Source: Pseudomonadota bacterium (lineage in GTDB: Bacteria > Verrucomicrobiota > Verrucomicrobiia > Limisphaerales > SXTU01). Taken from it: DNA of 64,000 nucleotides. This document shows positions 26,155 through 36,592 of this stretch, piece by piece. Numbering within the stretch: position 1 is the first letter of the stretch; every line of letters begins with the position of its first letter. Both the position numbers and the translations under genes were made by a program. The stretch covers positions 12,893 through 76,892 of the forward strand of contig RFSE01000004.1 of assembly GCA_009924135.1 (NCBI GenBank), read 5' to 3'. The notes beneath the pieces are model-generated. The model searched no databases, was not told the DNA's origin, and saw only the letters and a program-made list of their open reading frames with translations.

Positions 26155-27375
26155 CTACGTCCCGAGGAACACCTTGTGCACCGCGCGCATGGCGGCTTCG
26201 CCCTTGTCGAGGCCGATGACCACGGAGATCTTGATCTCGCTGGTGGAGATCATGTCGATGTTCACGCCCTCCTTGGCGAGGGTCTCGAACATCTTCGCCG
26301 CCACGCCGCTGTGGCTCTTCATGCCCACGCCCACGATGGAGAGCTTGCCGATGGTCTCGCTCACGGCGAGGTCCGCGTAGCCCACCTCGGCCTTGAGGCC
26401 GTCCATGACCTTGCGCGCCTTGACGAGGTCGGGCTTGTCCAGGGTGAAGGAGATGTCGGTGGTCGGCGATTTCGAACCGTGGCTGATGTTCTGCACGATC
26501 ATGTCCACGCCGATGGCCCCGTCGGCCAGGGCCTTGAAGATGCGGGCGGCCACGCCGGGCCGGTCGGGCACGCCGACGACGGTGACCTTGGCCTGGTTCT
26601 TGTCGAGCGCGACGCCGCGCACGACGACGCCTTCCATGCTTTGCGTTTCTTCTTTCACAATCGTTCCGGGGTTGTCGTTCAAACTGGAGCGGACTTCAAA
26701 CACCACGCCAAACTTCTTCGCAAACTCCACCGAGCGGAGCTGCATCACCTTCGCCCCCGCACCGGCGAGTTCGAGCATCTCGTCGTAGGCAATCTCCGGC
26801 AGCTTCTGCGCGCCGGGCACAATGCGCGGGTCGGCGGTGTAAACGCCGTCCACGTCGGTGTAAATCTGACAGAGGTCGGCCTTCACGGCGGCGGCGAGCG
26901 CGATGGCGGTCAAGTCTGAGCCGCCCCGGCCCAGAGTCGTGATCTGGCCTTCGGCGGTCTCGCCTTGAAAGCCGGCGACGATGACTACGTTACCGGCATC
27001 GAGCTGCGCGTGGACCTGCTTGGGCGTGATGTTCTTGATCTTCGCCTTGGTGTGCACGCCGTCGGTGACGATGCCCGCCTGTGCGCCGGTGAGCGAGGTG
27101 GCGGGGATGCCGAGCTGCTGGAGGGCGATGGCGGTGAGGGCAATGGTCTGCTGCTCGCCCGTCGCCAGGAGCATGTCCATTTCGCGCTCGCTGGGCAGCG
27201 CGGTGATCTCCTTGGCGAGCTTGATGAGGTTGTCCGTCACGCCGCTCATGGCGGACACGACGACGACGACCTGGTCGCCGCGGTTGCGGTACTCGGCCAC
27301 ACGCCGGGCGACGTTCTTGATGCGCTCGGGGTTGCCCACCGAGGTGCCGCCGTATTTTTGAACAATCAGAGCCAT
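26155..27375 (-). CDS. lysC: Aspartate kinase
   Basis: ATG at 27375 gives MALIVQKYGGTSVGNPERIKNVARRV..., followed by C-terminal ACT domains. Confidence 0.9.
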   Translation of the reverse strand: MALIVQKYGGTSVGNPERIKNVARRVAEYRNRGDQVVVVVSAMSGVTDNLIKLAKEITALPSEREMDMLLATGEQQTIALTAIALQQLGIPATSLTGAQAGIVTDGVHTKAKIKNITPKQVHAQLDAGNVVIVAGFQGETAEGQITTLGRGGSDLTAIALAAAVKADLCQIYTDVDGVYTADPRIVPGAQKLPEIAYDEMLELAGAGAKVMQLRSVEFAKKFGVVFEVRSSLNDNPGTIVKEETQSMEGVVVRGVALDKNQAKVTVVGVPDRPGVAARIFKALADGAIGVDMIVQNISHGSKSPTTDISFTLDKPDLVKARKVMDGLKAEVGYADLAVSETIGKLSIVGVGMKSHSGVAAKMFETLAKEGVNIDMISTSEIKISVVIGLDKGEAAMRAVHKVFLGT

Positions 27376-27464
27376 GTCAAAGGCGGGTGTTTTAGCAGGA
27401 GGCCCGTGGATTTGGCAATGCTGGTTCTGTGGCAAGGTGCCGCCAAGCGATGATGGCCCCGCCT

Positions 27465-27890
27465 TCATTCATCCGCGCGGCTCACCCGTTCCAGCAGCAA
27501 CTGCATTTCGGGACCAATGCGCTTCAGCTCGTCACGATGCACGGAGCTCAGCTCCTCCAGCAGGGTTTCGCCCCGGCTGGTGAGCTGGATCAGCACCTGC
27601 CGGCGGTCCTCGGCAGAGGGTGCACGGAAAACCAAATTCTCCGCCACGAGCCGGTCGATCAGCCCCACCGCGCTGTGGTGGCGCAACTGCAACCGCTCCG
27701 CCAGCTCGCCGACGGTGATCTGGTCGCGCCCGGGATACCCCTTGATGGCCAGCAAGCCCTGATGCTGCTGCGCGGTAATCCCAGCCGCCTGGGCCGCCTC
27801 CTCGCTGAAGCGGAGGAACTGCCGGAGGGCATAACGAAAGGCCGCCAGTGTTTCATACTGGGCCTTCGCGAGTTTTCGGGGACGGGCCAT
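27465..27890 (-). CDS. MarR-family transcriptional regulator
   Basis: 141 aa. Winged-helix region ITVGELAERLQLRHHSAVGLIDRLVAENLVFR...DRRQVLIQLTSRGE. Confidence 0.85.
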   Translation of the reverse strand: MARPRKLAKAQYETLAAFRYALRQFLRFSEEAAQAAGITAQQHQGLLAIKGYPGRDQITVGELAERLQLRHHSAVGLIDRLVAENLVFRAPSAEDRRQVLIQLTSRGETLLEELSSVHRDELKRIGPEMQLLLERVSRADE

Positions 27891-27970
27891 CGCGCCGATG
27901 AATTACCCCATCCGCCCCATGATTGTCATGCGATGTTTGACTTAATATCGTATCGCGATATAAATGCAGG

Positions 27971-29752
27971 GTGTTCTTGAAACCAAACGGATCTGGCATC
28001 CCCCCGGCAACGGTCCCGGAAAGCACGCTGGCTGACTTCAGCACCAACAGGCGCATGCTGCTGCTTTCGGTCATGGCCCTGGCCATCGGCGTGCTCAGCG
28101 CCTGCGTCGCCTGGGGGCTGCTCTGGCTGATTGCCAGCATCACCAACCTCGCCTTTTACCACCGGTTTTCGAGCGCATCGGTGACGCCGCAAGGTCATCA
28201 GCTCGGCTGGTGGATGGTCCTCGTGCCGGTGGCCGGCGCCCTCATCATCGGACTGATGGCACGCTTTGGGTCGGAGAAAATCCGCGGGCACGGCATCCCG
28301 GAGGCGCTGGAAGCCATTCTGCTGGGCCGTAGCCGGATTCAGCTCAAGGTGGCACTGCTCAAGCCGCTTTCTTCGGCCATTTCCATTGGTACGGGCGGCC
28401 CGTTCGGCGCGGAAGGCCCCATCATCATGACGGGTGGGGCCTTTGGTTCGCTCTTTGCCCAGCAGTTCCACCTCACCGCAGCGGAACGCAAAACCCTGTT
28501 GGTGGCGGGGGCGGCGGCGGGCATGTCCGCCGTGTTTGCGACACCGGTCGCTGCGGTGCTCCTCGCCGTGGAACTGCTGCTGTTCGAGTGGAAACCGCGC
28601 AGCTTCATTCCGGTGTCCGTCGCCGCCATCGTGGCGTCCGTCATGCGCGTGCCATTGCTGGGGGTCGGGCCGATTTTCGCCACTCTGCCGCATGCTCCAC
28701 CTTCCGGCGAACAACTGGCCTATGCGGCTGGAGTGGGCGTGCTGGCGGGCTTTGGGTCCGGGCTGCTCACAATGCTCGTCTATGCCTGCGAAGACCTGTT
28801 CCAGAAGCTCCCGCTGCACTGGATGTGGTGGCCGGCCATCGGTGCCGTGTCTGTCGGCGTAGGCGGCCTGCTGGATCCCCGGGTGCTGGGCGTGGGCTAT
28901 GAAACGATCCATGGTCTGTTGCGCGGCGAAATCCTCGGTGCCGCCCTCATCGGGCTGCTGGTGGCCAAGGCCTTGGTGTGGGCCATTGCCCTCGGTTCCG
29001 GCACTTCCGGCGGCGTGCTGGCACCGCTGCTCATCCTTGGCGGCGCGCTCGGGGCGCTGGCCGGCCGGTGGATCCCCGTGGGCGATCCCGGGCTATGGGC
29101 CTTGATCGGGATGGCGGCAATGATGGGTGGCACGATGCGATCACCTCTCACCGCCATGGTCTTTGCGGTCGAACTCACGCGCGATTTCAACCTCTTCCCT
29201 GCCCTGCTCACCGGCTCGGTAGCCGCGCTGGGTGTAACGGTGCTGCTCATGCGGCGGTCCATCCTGACCGAAAAACTTGCCCGTCGCGGTCATCACATCA
29301 CCCGAGAATACAGCATTGATCCCTTCGAGCTGGCGCGCGTCAGCGAGGTCATGGACCACGAAATCCCCTCCGCCCCGGCAGAAATGAAGCTGACGGAACT
29401 CGCCGACCGGCTGGCGGAGGGGGATACGCTGCTCCATCGACGCCAGGGCACGCTGATCATGAATGCGCAATACCGGCTCGTTGGCATCATTACCCAGGGC
29501 GACATCGTGCGGGGGTTGCGGCAAACGCTTAACGACGAGATCACCGAGGCCGGCAGCAGGGACCTCGTGGTCGCCTTTCCCGACGAACCACTCCACGACG
29601 CCCTCAGCAAGATGCTGGCCCGGGACGTGGGCCGGTTGCCCGTCGTCGAACGCGACGACCCCACCCGCGTGGTCGGTTACCTTGGGCGGGCATCCATTCT
29701 CTCGGCCCGCATGAAACTGCACGATGAGGAAAACCTTCGCCAGCGGGGCTGA
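27971..29752 (+). CDS. ClC-family voltage-gated chloride channel/antiporter with C-terminal CBS pair
   Basis: GHGIPE, GTGGPFGAEGP and GTSGGVLAPLL motifs, then CBS-like MDHEIP...LVGIITQGDIVRGL and GRLPVVERDDPTRVVGYL. Starts with GTG, so the true start is uncertain. Confidence 0.85.
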   Translation: MFLKPNGSGIPPATVPESTLADFSTNRRMLLLSVMALAIGVLSACVAWGLLWLIASITNLAFYHRFSSASVTPQGHQLGWWMVLVPVAGALIIGLMARFGSEKIRGHGIPEALEAILLGRSRIQLKVALLKPLSSAISIGTGGPFGAEGPIIMTGGAFGSLFAQQFHLTAAERKTLLVAGAAAGMSAVFATPVAAVLLAVELLLFEWKPRSFIPVSVAAIVASVMRVPLLGVGPIFATLPHAPPSGEQLAYAAGVGVLAGFGSGLLTMLVYACEDLFQKLPLHWMWWPAIGAVSVGVGGLLDPRVLGVGYETIHGLLRGEILGAALIGLLVAKALVWAIALGSGTSGGVLAPLLILGGALGALAGRWIPVGDPGLWALIGMAAMMGGTMRSPLTAMVFAVELTRDFNLFPALLTGSVAALGVTVLLMRRSILTEKLARRGHHITREYSIDPFELARVSEVMDHEIPSAPAEMKLTELADRLAEGDTLLHRRQGTLIMNAQYRLVGIITQGDIVRGLRQTLNDEITEAGSRDLVVAFPDEPLHDALSKMLARDVGRLPVVERDDPTRVVGYLGRASILSARMKLHDEENLRQRG

Positions 29753-30017
29753 CTGAATCACGCATGCAACTTCCCATTGAAGCCGTACTGCTCAAAGCAA
29801 TCCTGGCGAAGCTCGTGCTCGCGCTCGGCTTCGGCTGGATCATCATGAGCCTGCTGTAAATTCTGGCCAAGGTACTGCCTGACCGGTACTCCGTCGTGAC
29901 CTAATTCTCAATCCCGCACCCGCTCGGTCCTGCAGGCTCACGCGGTCAGCAGCCGGACGATGAAGGTGCTGCCACGAAGATTGGGGACGCCTCCGCAAGG
30001 CCATGACCGACGCACCT

Positions 30018-30150
30018 TCATTCTTCCGCGCGAGGCACGCGTCCCAGCAGCAACTGCATTTCGGGGCCGAGGTGCGGAGGAGGCTCAATGCTCTTGGTGG
30101 ATAGAAGCCCGGTTCGCCCGAGGAAGCTGTGGGCGCAGAGGAACCACGAG
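30018..30150 (-). pseudogene. Decayed 3' remnant of a second marR-like gene
   Basis: The minus-frame translation ...FLGRTGLLSTKSIEPPPHLGPEMQLLLGRVPRAEE* parallels the MarR C-terminus ...LTSRGETLLEELSSVHRDELKRIGPEMQLLLERVSRADE*. The DNA at 30014-30068 aligns with 27461-27515. Confidence 0.55.
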
Positions 30151-30395
30151 ACATGAGGGCAAGGCTGAAGCTAAAATGTCCTCAAAGGTGGAAAGCGGGC
30201 AACACTGGTCACACTGTCCCGGCTTTTGGTGTGCACTTCAGAAACGTCCCGTCCAGCGTAAACGCCATGGCAATCGTGGAACGACCCTGCGATCTCAACG
30301 CATCTTGGTGTTTCACATGACCGCTTCGCCTATTGCCGCCGTCAGCCAACGGCTGCCCCGGGAGCGACGTGGATTGTGAAGGATGACCGACAAGG

Positions 30396-31640
30396 CTACT
30401 CATATCGCAACGCATCGATTGGATTTAATGCGGCGGCTTTGTGCGCTGGATAAAATCCAAAAAATATCCCGATCACTGAACTGACCCCGAACGCGAGTAT
30501 GATCGACCCGGTCGAAACCACCGCTTTGAAATCCGCGACCATGCCGACCAGTTGTGACGCGCCGACGCCGCAAAGCACGCCGATCAATCCGCCCAGCAAA
30601 CTCAGCGTAACCGCCTCGATCAGGAATTGCAGCCGGATGTCGCCCGGTTGCGCGCCGACGGCGATGCGGATGCCGATCTCACGCGTGCGCTCGGTCACGC
30701 TGACGAGCATGATGTTCATGATGCCGATGCCACCAACGACCAGTGAGATGCTGGCAATCGAGCCGAGCAGCAAGGTGATGATTTTGGAAATCGAATTCAC
30801 GGTGTCGGCGATTTCCTTCTGATTAAAAATGTTAAAGTCATCGTCGTGGCCCGCAGTCAACCGGTGCCGCTGGCGGAGCAAGCTGGTGATCTGCTGTTGC
30901 GCGACTTCCATCCGCTCAGTGCTGGCGATCTGCACGTTCACGGAGCGCAGGAATTTATCGCCCGTGATGCGCTTCATCGCGGTGGTGTATGGGATGATGA
31001 TCTTGTCGTCCTGGTTTTGACCACCCATGCCCGCGCCCTTGCTTTCGAGCAGCCCGATGATGACGAACGGAATGTTTTTGACCCGCACGCTCTGGCCGAC
31101 GGGATTCAGCGGGCCGAACAATTCATTCGCGGGCTTCGAACCGATAACGGCCACCTTGGCGGCGCTGCGCACTTCGCGTTCGGTGAACATCGAACCGGCG
31201 GCGAGTTTCCAGTCGCGGATTTTCAAATACGCCGAGGATTCACCGGCGATGGTGGTGGACCAGTTGCGTCCGTTGGCGATGGCTTGCGCGGTGGAGGAGA
31301 CTTCCGGGCTGACTGCGGCAACATCGGTCACTTCGCGCGCGATGGCCTCGGCGTCGGCAAGGGTGATCGTGCTGGCGCTGCCGAGGCCGGAACTCACGCC
31401 GCCGGAGCGTTTGCTGCCCGCGAACACCGTGAGCAGGTTCTCGCCGAGCGCGGAAACCTGGCTGGTGATGCGGGCCTGCGCGCCGTTCCCGACGGCGACC
31501 ATTGCCACGACGGAGGCAACGCCGATGATGATGCCGAGCGCGGTGAGCAGGGAACGCATTTTGTTCCGCCGCAATGCGCGCAGGGCAATCAATGACGTTT
31601 GCCAGATGCGGGCGACCAGGATGGAAAACAGCGTAAACAC
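30396..31640 (-). CDS. ABC transporter permease, MacB/FtsX type
   Basis: 414 aa: N-terminal TM, large periplasmic domain, and a C-terminal FtsX 3-TM bundle ending DALRYE. Confidence 0.85.
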   Translation of the reverse strand: MFTLFSILVARIWQTSLIALRALRRNKMRSLLTALGIIIGVASVVAMVAVGNGAQARITSQVSALGENLLTVFAGSKRSGGVSSGLGSASTITLADAEAIAREVTDVAAVSPEVSSTAQAIANGRNWSTTIAGESSAYLKIRDWKLAAGSMFTEREVRSAAKVAVIGSKPANELFGPLNPVGQSVRVKNIPFVIIGLLESKGAGMGGQNQDDKIIIPYTTAMKRITGDKFLRSVNVQIASTERMEVAQQQITSLLRQRHRLTAGHDDDFNIFNQKEIADTVNSISKIITLLLGSIASISLVVGGIGIMNIMLVSVTERTREIGIRIAVGAQPGDIRLQFLIEAVTLSLLGGLIGVLCGVGASQLVGMVADFKAVVSTGSIILAFGVSSVIGIFFGFYPAHKAAALNPIDALRYE

Positions 31641-31643
31641 GAT

Positions 31644-32417
31644 TTAGGCGAGACTGGCTTTCGCTTCCACTTGATTAAGCCGCGCAATTTCCTCGCGGGC
31701 CGAGCGGCGATCGTCCGGGCGGGTGTCGCTGGTCACCTGGCCATCGCGCATCACGACGATGCGTTTGCAGTAAGCGGCGATGTCGAGTTCGTGCGTGACC
31801 ATGACGACGGTGATGCCGGACTCGTTCAGCTCTTGAAAGAGGCCCATGATTTCGATGCTCGTGCGCGTGTCGAGATTGCCGGTCGGCTCGTCGGCAAGCA
31901 GGACCTCAGGGCGGCTGACCAGCGCGCGGGCGATGGCCACGCGCTGTTGTTGTCCGCCTGACAACTGGCTGGGAAAATGGTCGCCGCGCTTGCCCAGCCC
32001 GACTTTTTCCAACGCCTGCACCGCGCGCTCACGACGGTCGCGCAGCGTAACCAGCGGCTGGCTGTAGAACAGCGGCAGTTCGATGTTTTCCAGGGCCGAG
32101 GTGCGGGCAAGCAAGTTGAAGTTTTGGAAAACGAAACCAAGCTTTTTGTTCCGCAACTTTGCCAGTTCCTTGCGGTTCAAACCGGCAACGGCGACGCCAT
32201 CAAGGAGGTAGTCTCCGCTCGTTCGCTGATCCAGGCAGCCGAGCGTGTTCATCAACGTGGACTTGCCCGATCCGCTTGCACCCATGACGGCGACGAACTC
32301 GCCGCGCTGGATTTCGAGCGTGACGCCGCATACGGCCTTCACCTCGACTTCGCCGGTCTGATACGTCTTGGCGAGCTCGCGGAGCTGGATGACGGGCGTA
32401 CGGGGCGCGTTGCTCAT
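31644..32417 (-). CDS. ABC transporter ATP-binding protein (MacB/LolD-like)
   Basis: [27 protein letters not shown] and [11 protein letters not shown]. Confidence 0.9.
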   Translation of the reverse strand: MSNAPRTPVIQLRELAKTYQTGEVEVKAVCGVTLEIQRGEFVAVMGASGSGKSTLMNTLGCLDQRTSGDYLLDGVAVAGLNRKELAKLRNKKLGFVFQNFNLLARTSALENIELPLFYSQPLVTLRDRRERAVQALEKVGLGKRGDHFPSQLSGGQQQRVAIARALVSRPEVLLADEPTGNLDTRTSIEIMGLFQELNESGITVVMVTHELDIAAYCKRIVVMRDGQVTSDTRPDDRRSAREEIARLNQVEAKASLA

Positions 32418-33576
32418 GGCGTTTGTTGCTGGGGGGGCGGGCCAAAGCCGCCGCCTTTGACTGCGGTTGCCAGGGTCGAAGTGACAACGGTTGCACCCTC
32501 GGCGAGGCCGTCGACGATTTCCGTATCCACGCCATCGGTGATGCCTGGTTTGACGATGACCGGCCTGAGTTTCACGCCGTCAGCACTGAGGGAATAGAGC
32601 AGCCGCTGATTGCGCTGCAATTTCACAGGGGGGGGGTCGCTTCAAACTTAGCTCCGTCCGGCGGCGTGTAGCGCAACGCGGTGTTGGGAATTTTGACAAC
32701 ATTTTTGTGCTCGGCGACGAGAACGGAAACATCCGCCGTCATGCCCGGAAACAATTTTTGCTCCGGGTTGTCCACGGTGATGATCGTTTCGTAAGTAACG
32801 ACGTTCTGCGTCGTCGTAGGTGATTTCCGAACCTGCCTTACCTGGCCGTGAAAAACCTCTTCGGGGAAGGCATCCACCGTGAAGTCCACGGGCTGGCCGT
32901 CCTTCACCTGGCCGATGTCCGCCTCCGAAACGGCGGCGCTGATGTTCATCTTGCTGATGTCCTGTGCAATGGTGAACAGCACGGGCGTGCTCATGGCGGC
33001 GATGACCGTCTGGCCGGTGTCCACCTTGCGCGAAATGACGATGCCGTCCACCGGAGCGGTGATCTTGCAAAAGCCAAGGTTGGCCTTGGCACTTTCCAGC
33101 GTCGCTTCCTTGACCACCACGGTCGCCTCGGCCTGGGCCAGTTCGGCGACGGCTTGATCCAGGTCCAATTGCGATGCGGCCTTCAGGGGCACGAGCAACT
33201 TCTTCCGCCCCAGATTTTGGCGCTTGAGCGTGACCGTTGCCATGGCGCTGGTGAGTTCGCCTTCGGCCTGACGCAGGTTCGCCGCGTAAACGGTCGGGTC
33301 AATCTCCGCAACCAACTGGCCTTTCTTCACCGGCGAGTTGAAGTCCACAAGCAACGCGAAAATCTTTCCCGAAACCTGGCTGCCCACGTCCACGCTTACC
33401 ACCGCGCCCAAGGTACCGCTCGCCGTGACGTGTTGCGCGATGTCCCCGCGCGAGCCGGACGCCGTTTCGTATCTGGCAGCGCCGCCACCGGACGGTTTGC
33501 AGCCATAGATTGGCAGGAATGCCAGTGCCACAATTACCAAGACTGCTGACCGTGCAAAGGGAGGGTTGGATTTCAC
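32414..33576 (-). pseudogene. HlyD/MacA-type periplasmic adaptor split by a frameshift in a C9 (G9 on +) tract
   Basis: ORFs 32623..33576 (lipoprotein signal, coiled-coil hairpin, beta-barrel) and 32414..32626 (C-terminal ...VKLRPVIVKPGITDGVDTEIVDGLAEGATVV) are consecutive parts of one adaptor. One extra C in the run at 32628-32636 would fuse them. Confidence 0.7.
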
Positions 33577-33595
33577 TGTTGCTTGGGGGTTGATG

Positions 33596-34972
33596 CTATT
33601 TCCATCCCCCGCCGAGCGCCTTGTAGAGGGAGATTTGGCTCGAGAGTTTGCGGAATCGGGCCTGCAGCAAATCCTGCTGCGCGTTGTAGAGATCCTGCTG
33701 CGCTGAAAGGACGTTCAGGTAGGAGTCTTCACCCTGTCGATAGCGGAGGTCGGCCAGTTCGTAACGACGTCGCTGCGCGCTGATGAGCTTGAGTTCTTCC
33801 TCTATCTGGCTGGCATAACTGGTGGCGGCAACGAGTGCATCGGCCACTTCACGAAACGCGGTTTCGATGGTTTTCTGGTAATTGATTACCTCAATCCGCT
33901 GGCGGACTTTGGCGGCATCCAAGTCGGCACTGTTTTGACCGCCGGTAAAAATCGGCAGGGTGATCTGCGGGGCAAAACTCCATACGCCCGTTCCTGAGCC
34001 GAAAAGTTTTGCAAGCTGGGCACTGGTCGAGCCAACCGATGCGGTCAGGCTGATCGTTGGGAAAAACGCCGCCCGCGCCGCCCCGATGTTCGCGTTGGCC
34101 GCCTTCAAGTCATGCTCGGCTTCGAGGATGTCCGGACGGCGCTGCACCAATTCGGACGGCAGGCCCGGCGAAACCTCGGCCACGAGGTTGGAGGCGCTGA
34201 ACGGACTGACCGCCGGCAAGTTCGTCGGCCAGGACTGGCCAATAAGAAGCACGAGGGAGTTCACCGCCTGCGCCCGGTTGCGCTCGTAGGTGCGCAGGTT
34301 GATTTTCGCGGTCTGCACCTGGCCCTCGGCCGTGCGCAAATCGAGTTCACTCGCCGCGCCCGCCTCAAAAACTGCTTTGTTCAGCGCGTAGGACTCCTCC
34401 ACGGCTTTCAAGGTTTCCGCCGCGAGGGTGATCTGCTCTTCGGCCTGACGGAGAACGAAGTATTCCGTGGCGGTCTCCGCAACCAGCGAGATTTTGGCGC
34501 TGCGCTGCGCTGCGGTGGTGGAAAAATACTTTTCCAAAGCCTGTTGGTTCAAGCTGCGCACGCGCCCCCACAAATCCAGCTCATACGAGGTCGTGCCAAG
34601 ACTGGCGCTCCACGAATCTGAAGCCGTGGACAAGCTGCCTGAACGCGAATAACCACCGCCGGCGGAAACCGAGGGAAATGAAGCCGACCGCGTGATGCGA
34701 TACTGCGCACGGCTTTGTTCGACATTCATCACTGCGACCTGGTAATCGGCGTTGTTGGTCAAAGCCAGCCTGACCAGCTGTTTCAGGCGGTCATCAGTGA
34801 ACACCGATTCCCAGCCAAGATCGGCGGCGTTACCGGCGTTGGCCTGGCCGCCCCCAGGATATTCCGCCGCCACTGGCGTGGCCGGGCGTTCGTAGGTGGG
34901 AACCACCGCGCAACTGGAAGCGGCGAGCGCGGCGCAGAGAACGGCAAGGTGGCGAAAGGGTGTCCCCGCCAT
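33596..34972 (-). CDS. Efflux outer-membrane lipoprotein, NodT family
   Basis: ATG at 34972 gives MAGTPFRHLAVLCAALAASSC (lipobox), followed by two OEP repeats. The C-terminus is ...LYKALGGGWK. Confidence 0.85.
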   Translation of the reverse strand: MAGTPFRHLAVLCAALAASSCAVVPTYERPATPVAAEYPGGGQANAGNAADLGWESVFTDDRLKQLVRLALTNNADYQVAVMNVEQSRAQYRITRSASFPSVSAGGGYSRSGSLSTASDSWSASLGTTSYELDLWGRVRSLNQQALEKYFSTTAAQRSAKISLVAETATEYFVLRQAEEQITLAAETLKAVEESYALNKAVFEAGAASELDLRTAEGQVQTAKINLRTYERNRAQAVNSLVLLIGQSWPTNLPAVSPFSASNLVAEVSPGLPSELVQRRPDILEAEHDLKAANANIGAARAAFFPTISLTASVGSTSAQLAKLFGSGTGVWSFAPQITLPIFTGGQNSADLDAAKVRQRIEVINYQKTIETAFREVADALVAATSYASQIEEELKLISAQRRRYELADLRYRQGEDSYLNVLSAQQDLYNAQQDLLQARFRKLSSQISLYKALGGGWK

Positions 34973-35119
34973 GAAGCTGACAAGCCATGCATCTCTGGGC
35001 GCGTCGCTTGTGTGTGCGGCGATGCGGTTCATGACCCGCCGCTTTCCTGGTTCATGGCCACCGGGGTGCCCATATTTTTGGAAATGATCAATCACGGCCG
35101 TATCGCATCGTCGCATATA

Positions 35120-36589
35120 TTAGCGGGATAATGGTGGATTTGGTAATCCCGCTGCCGCGCAGTCGCCAGCTTGCACGGTTGGCAATCGGACGGTGAAAGT
35201 GCTGCCTTGTCCCGGCGTGCTGGTGACGGTCATGGTGCCACCGTGGGCATCCACAATGGCTTTGCAAATGGCGAGACCGAGTCCTGTGTGACCCTCTCCA
35301 AGGTCACGGGCCTTGTCGGCCCGGTAGAACCGTTCGAAGAGGTGGGGCAAATCCTCCGCAGCAATGCCCTGCCCAGTGTCGCTGACTTCCATCAGTACGG
35401 CGTCCTTCGTTGTGACAGTATGCAGGCGGACTTCGCCACCGGCCCGGTTGTAGGTGATGGCGTTGGTCAGCAGGTTGGTGACGACCTGCCCCAAGCGCTG
35501 CGCGTCGCCGAGGCAAGGGGCCGGGCCGGCCTCGTTGAAAAGTTTGATTCGACGTTGCCCGGCGAGCGGGCGGACGAGCGCGAGGGAGTCTTTTGCCACG
35601 GCGGCAAGGTCCACCGGTTTGCGCTCCAGTGCTTCGTGGCCAGAATCGAAGCGGCTCAGGTCGAGCAGTGATTCCGTGAGCCGCCGCATTTGCTGCGCGA
35701 CGACGAGGCATTCCTGTACCGTTTCGCGGTATTCACCCGGGGAGCGCTCGCGCGCAAGCGTGGTCTGGGCCTCGGAGATCAGCACGGCCAGCGGGGTACG
35801 CAACTCGTGCGCGGCATCGGCGGTAAACTGCTTCTGCTGGACGAAGGCGCTTTCCAGGCGGGTGACGGGAATGCGCTCGGCCAGGTTGCCGCCCGCGATC
35901 TTCACGGCCGTCTGGCTGATGTTTTCAATGGGCCGGATGGCGCGGCTGGTGAGCCACCAGCCGCCCACCAGGCCCAGTCCAAGCACGCCGGCACCCGAGA
36001 AGGTCAGCAACCACCTGAGCCGGTGGAATTCCAAAACGTCCGGCGTAATGTCATGGCCGACCAGCAACAGGCTGCCGGTGCGGGTGCGGACCGAGAATTC
36101 GCGAAACGCCCCACGGGTCCGCAGGAGCGTGCTGTCGGCCGCCTCCCCCAGCACGGGTGGGGTGACGTCAGGTGGCGCATTCGTGGATCGCCCCAGTTCC
36201 TGCCCCCCTTGCGCCCACGCAACGAAAAAATAACCGTTGGCTGCCAATTCCTCGAACGGCGATGGCATGTCGGGCGGCGACCGGAACCGACCGGAGAACA
36301 GTTTCTTCTCAAAATCGAGAAGGAACTCCGGTCCACCCGTATGCCTCGGGGCTTCATCCGGCACTGCCGCGCGAAAAAATTCCGGGGGTTTATCCCACCC
36401 TCCGGCCCGGTGAGTCCGACCCAATCCGCCGGCCAACGGGAGTGCCCGGAACTGCAGCTCGCGGTCAATGCGGTGCAGTCGGTTGTCTTGCACCAAAAAA
36501 TACGCCGTGCAGCCAAACGTGACCAGGACGACCAGCAGCAGCAACCCGTGCCAGGCCTGCAACTGCCAGCGGAGAGAACGTGTGAACAT
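35120..36589 (-). CDS. Sensor histidine kinase (HisKA + HATPase_c)
   Basis: Two TM segments, the H-box AAHELRTPL, and N/G boxes (NAITYN, DTGQGI, GTGLGLAI). Confidence 0.85.
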   Translation of the reverse strand: MFTRSLRWQLQAWHGLLLLVVLVTFGCTAYFLVQDNRLHRIDRELQFRALPLAGGLGRTHRAGGWDKPPEFFRAAVPDEAPRHTGGPEFLLDFEKKLFSGRFRSPPDMPSPFEELAANGYFFVAWAQGGQELGRSTNAPPDVTPPVLGEAADSTLLRTRGAFREFSVRTRTGSLLLVGHDITPDVLEFHRLRWLLTFSGAGVLGLGLVGGWWLTSRAIRPIENISQTAVKIAGGNLAERIPVTRLESAFVQQKQFTADAAHELRTPLAVLISEAQTTLARERSPGEYRETVQECLVVAQQMRRLTESLLDLSRFDSGHEALERKPVDLAAVAKDSLALVRPLAGQRRIKLFNEAGPAPCLGDAQRLGQVVTNLLTNAITYNRAGGEVRLHTVTTKDAVLMEVSDTGQGIAAEDLPHLFERFYRADKARDLGEGHTGLGLAICKAIVDAHGGTMTVTSTPGQGSTFTVRLPTVQAGDCAAAGLPNPPLSR

Positions 36590-36592
36590 GGT

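Noticed and set aside
27926-28912. 328-aa minus-strand ORF antisense to the ClC gene
   Set aside because: It has shadow-ORF composition (R, H, G, P, A rich), and the ClC motifs are on the plus strand.
29960-30379. 139-aa plus-strand ORF in the ClC-to-macB intergenic region
   Set aside because: It is Arg-rich with no motifs, and it overlaps the decayed marR remnant on the other strand. It is most likely non-coding.
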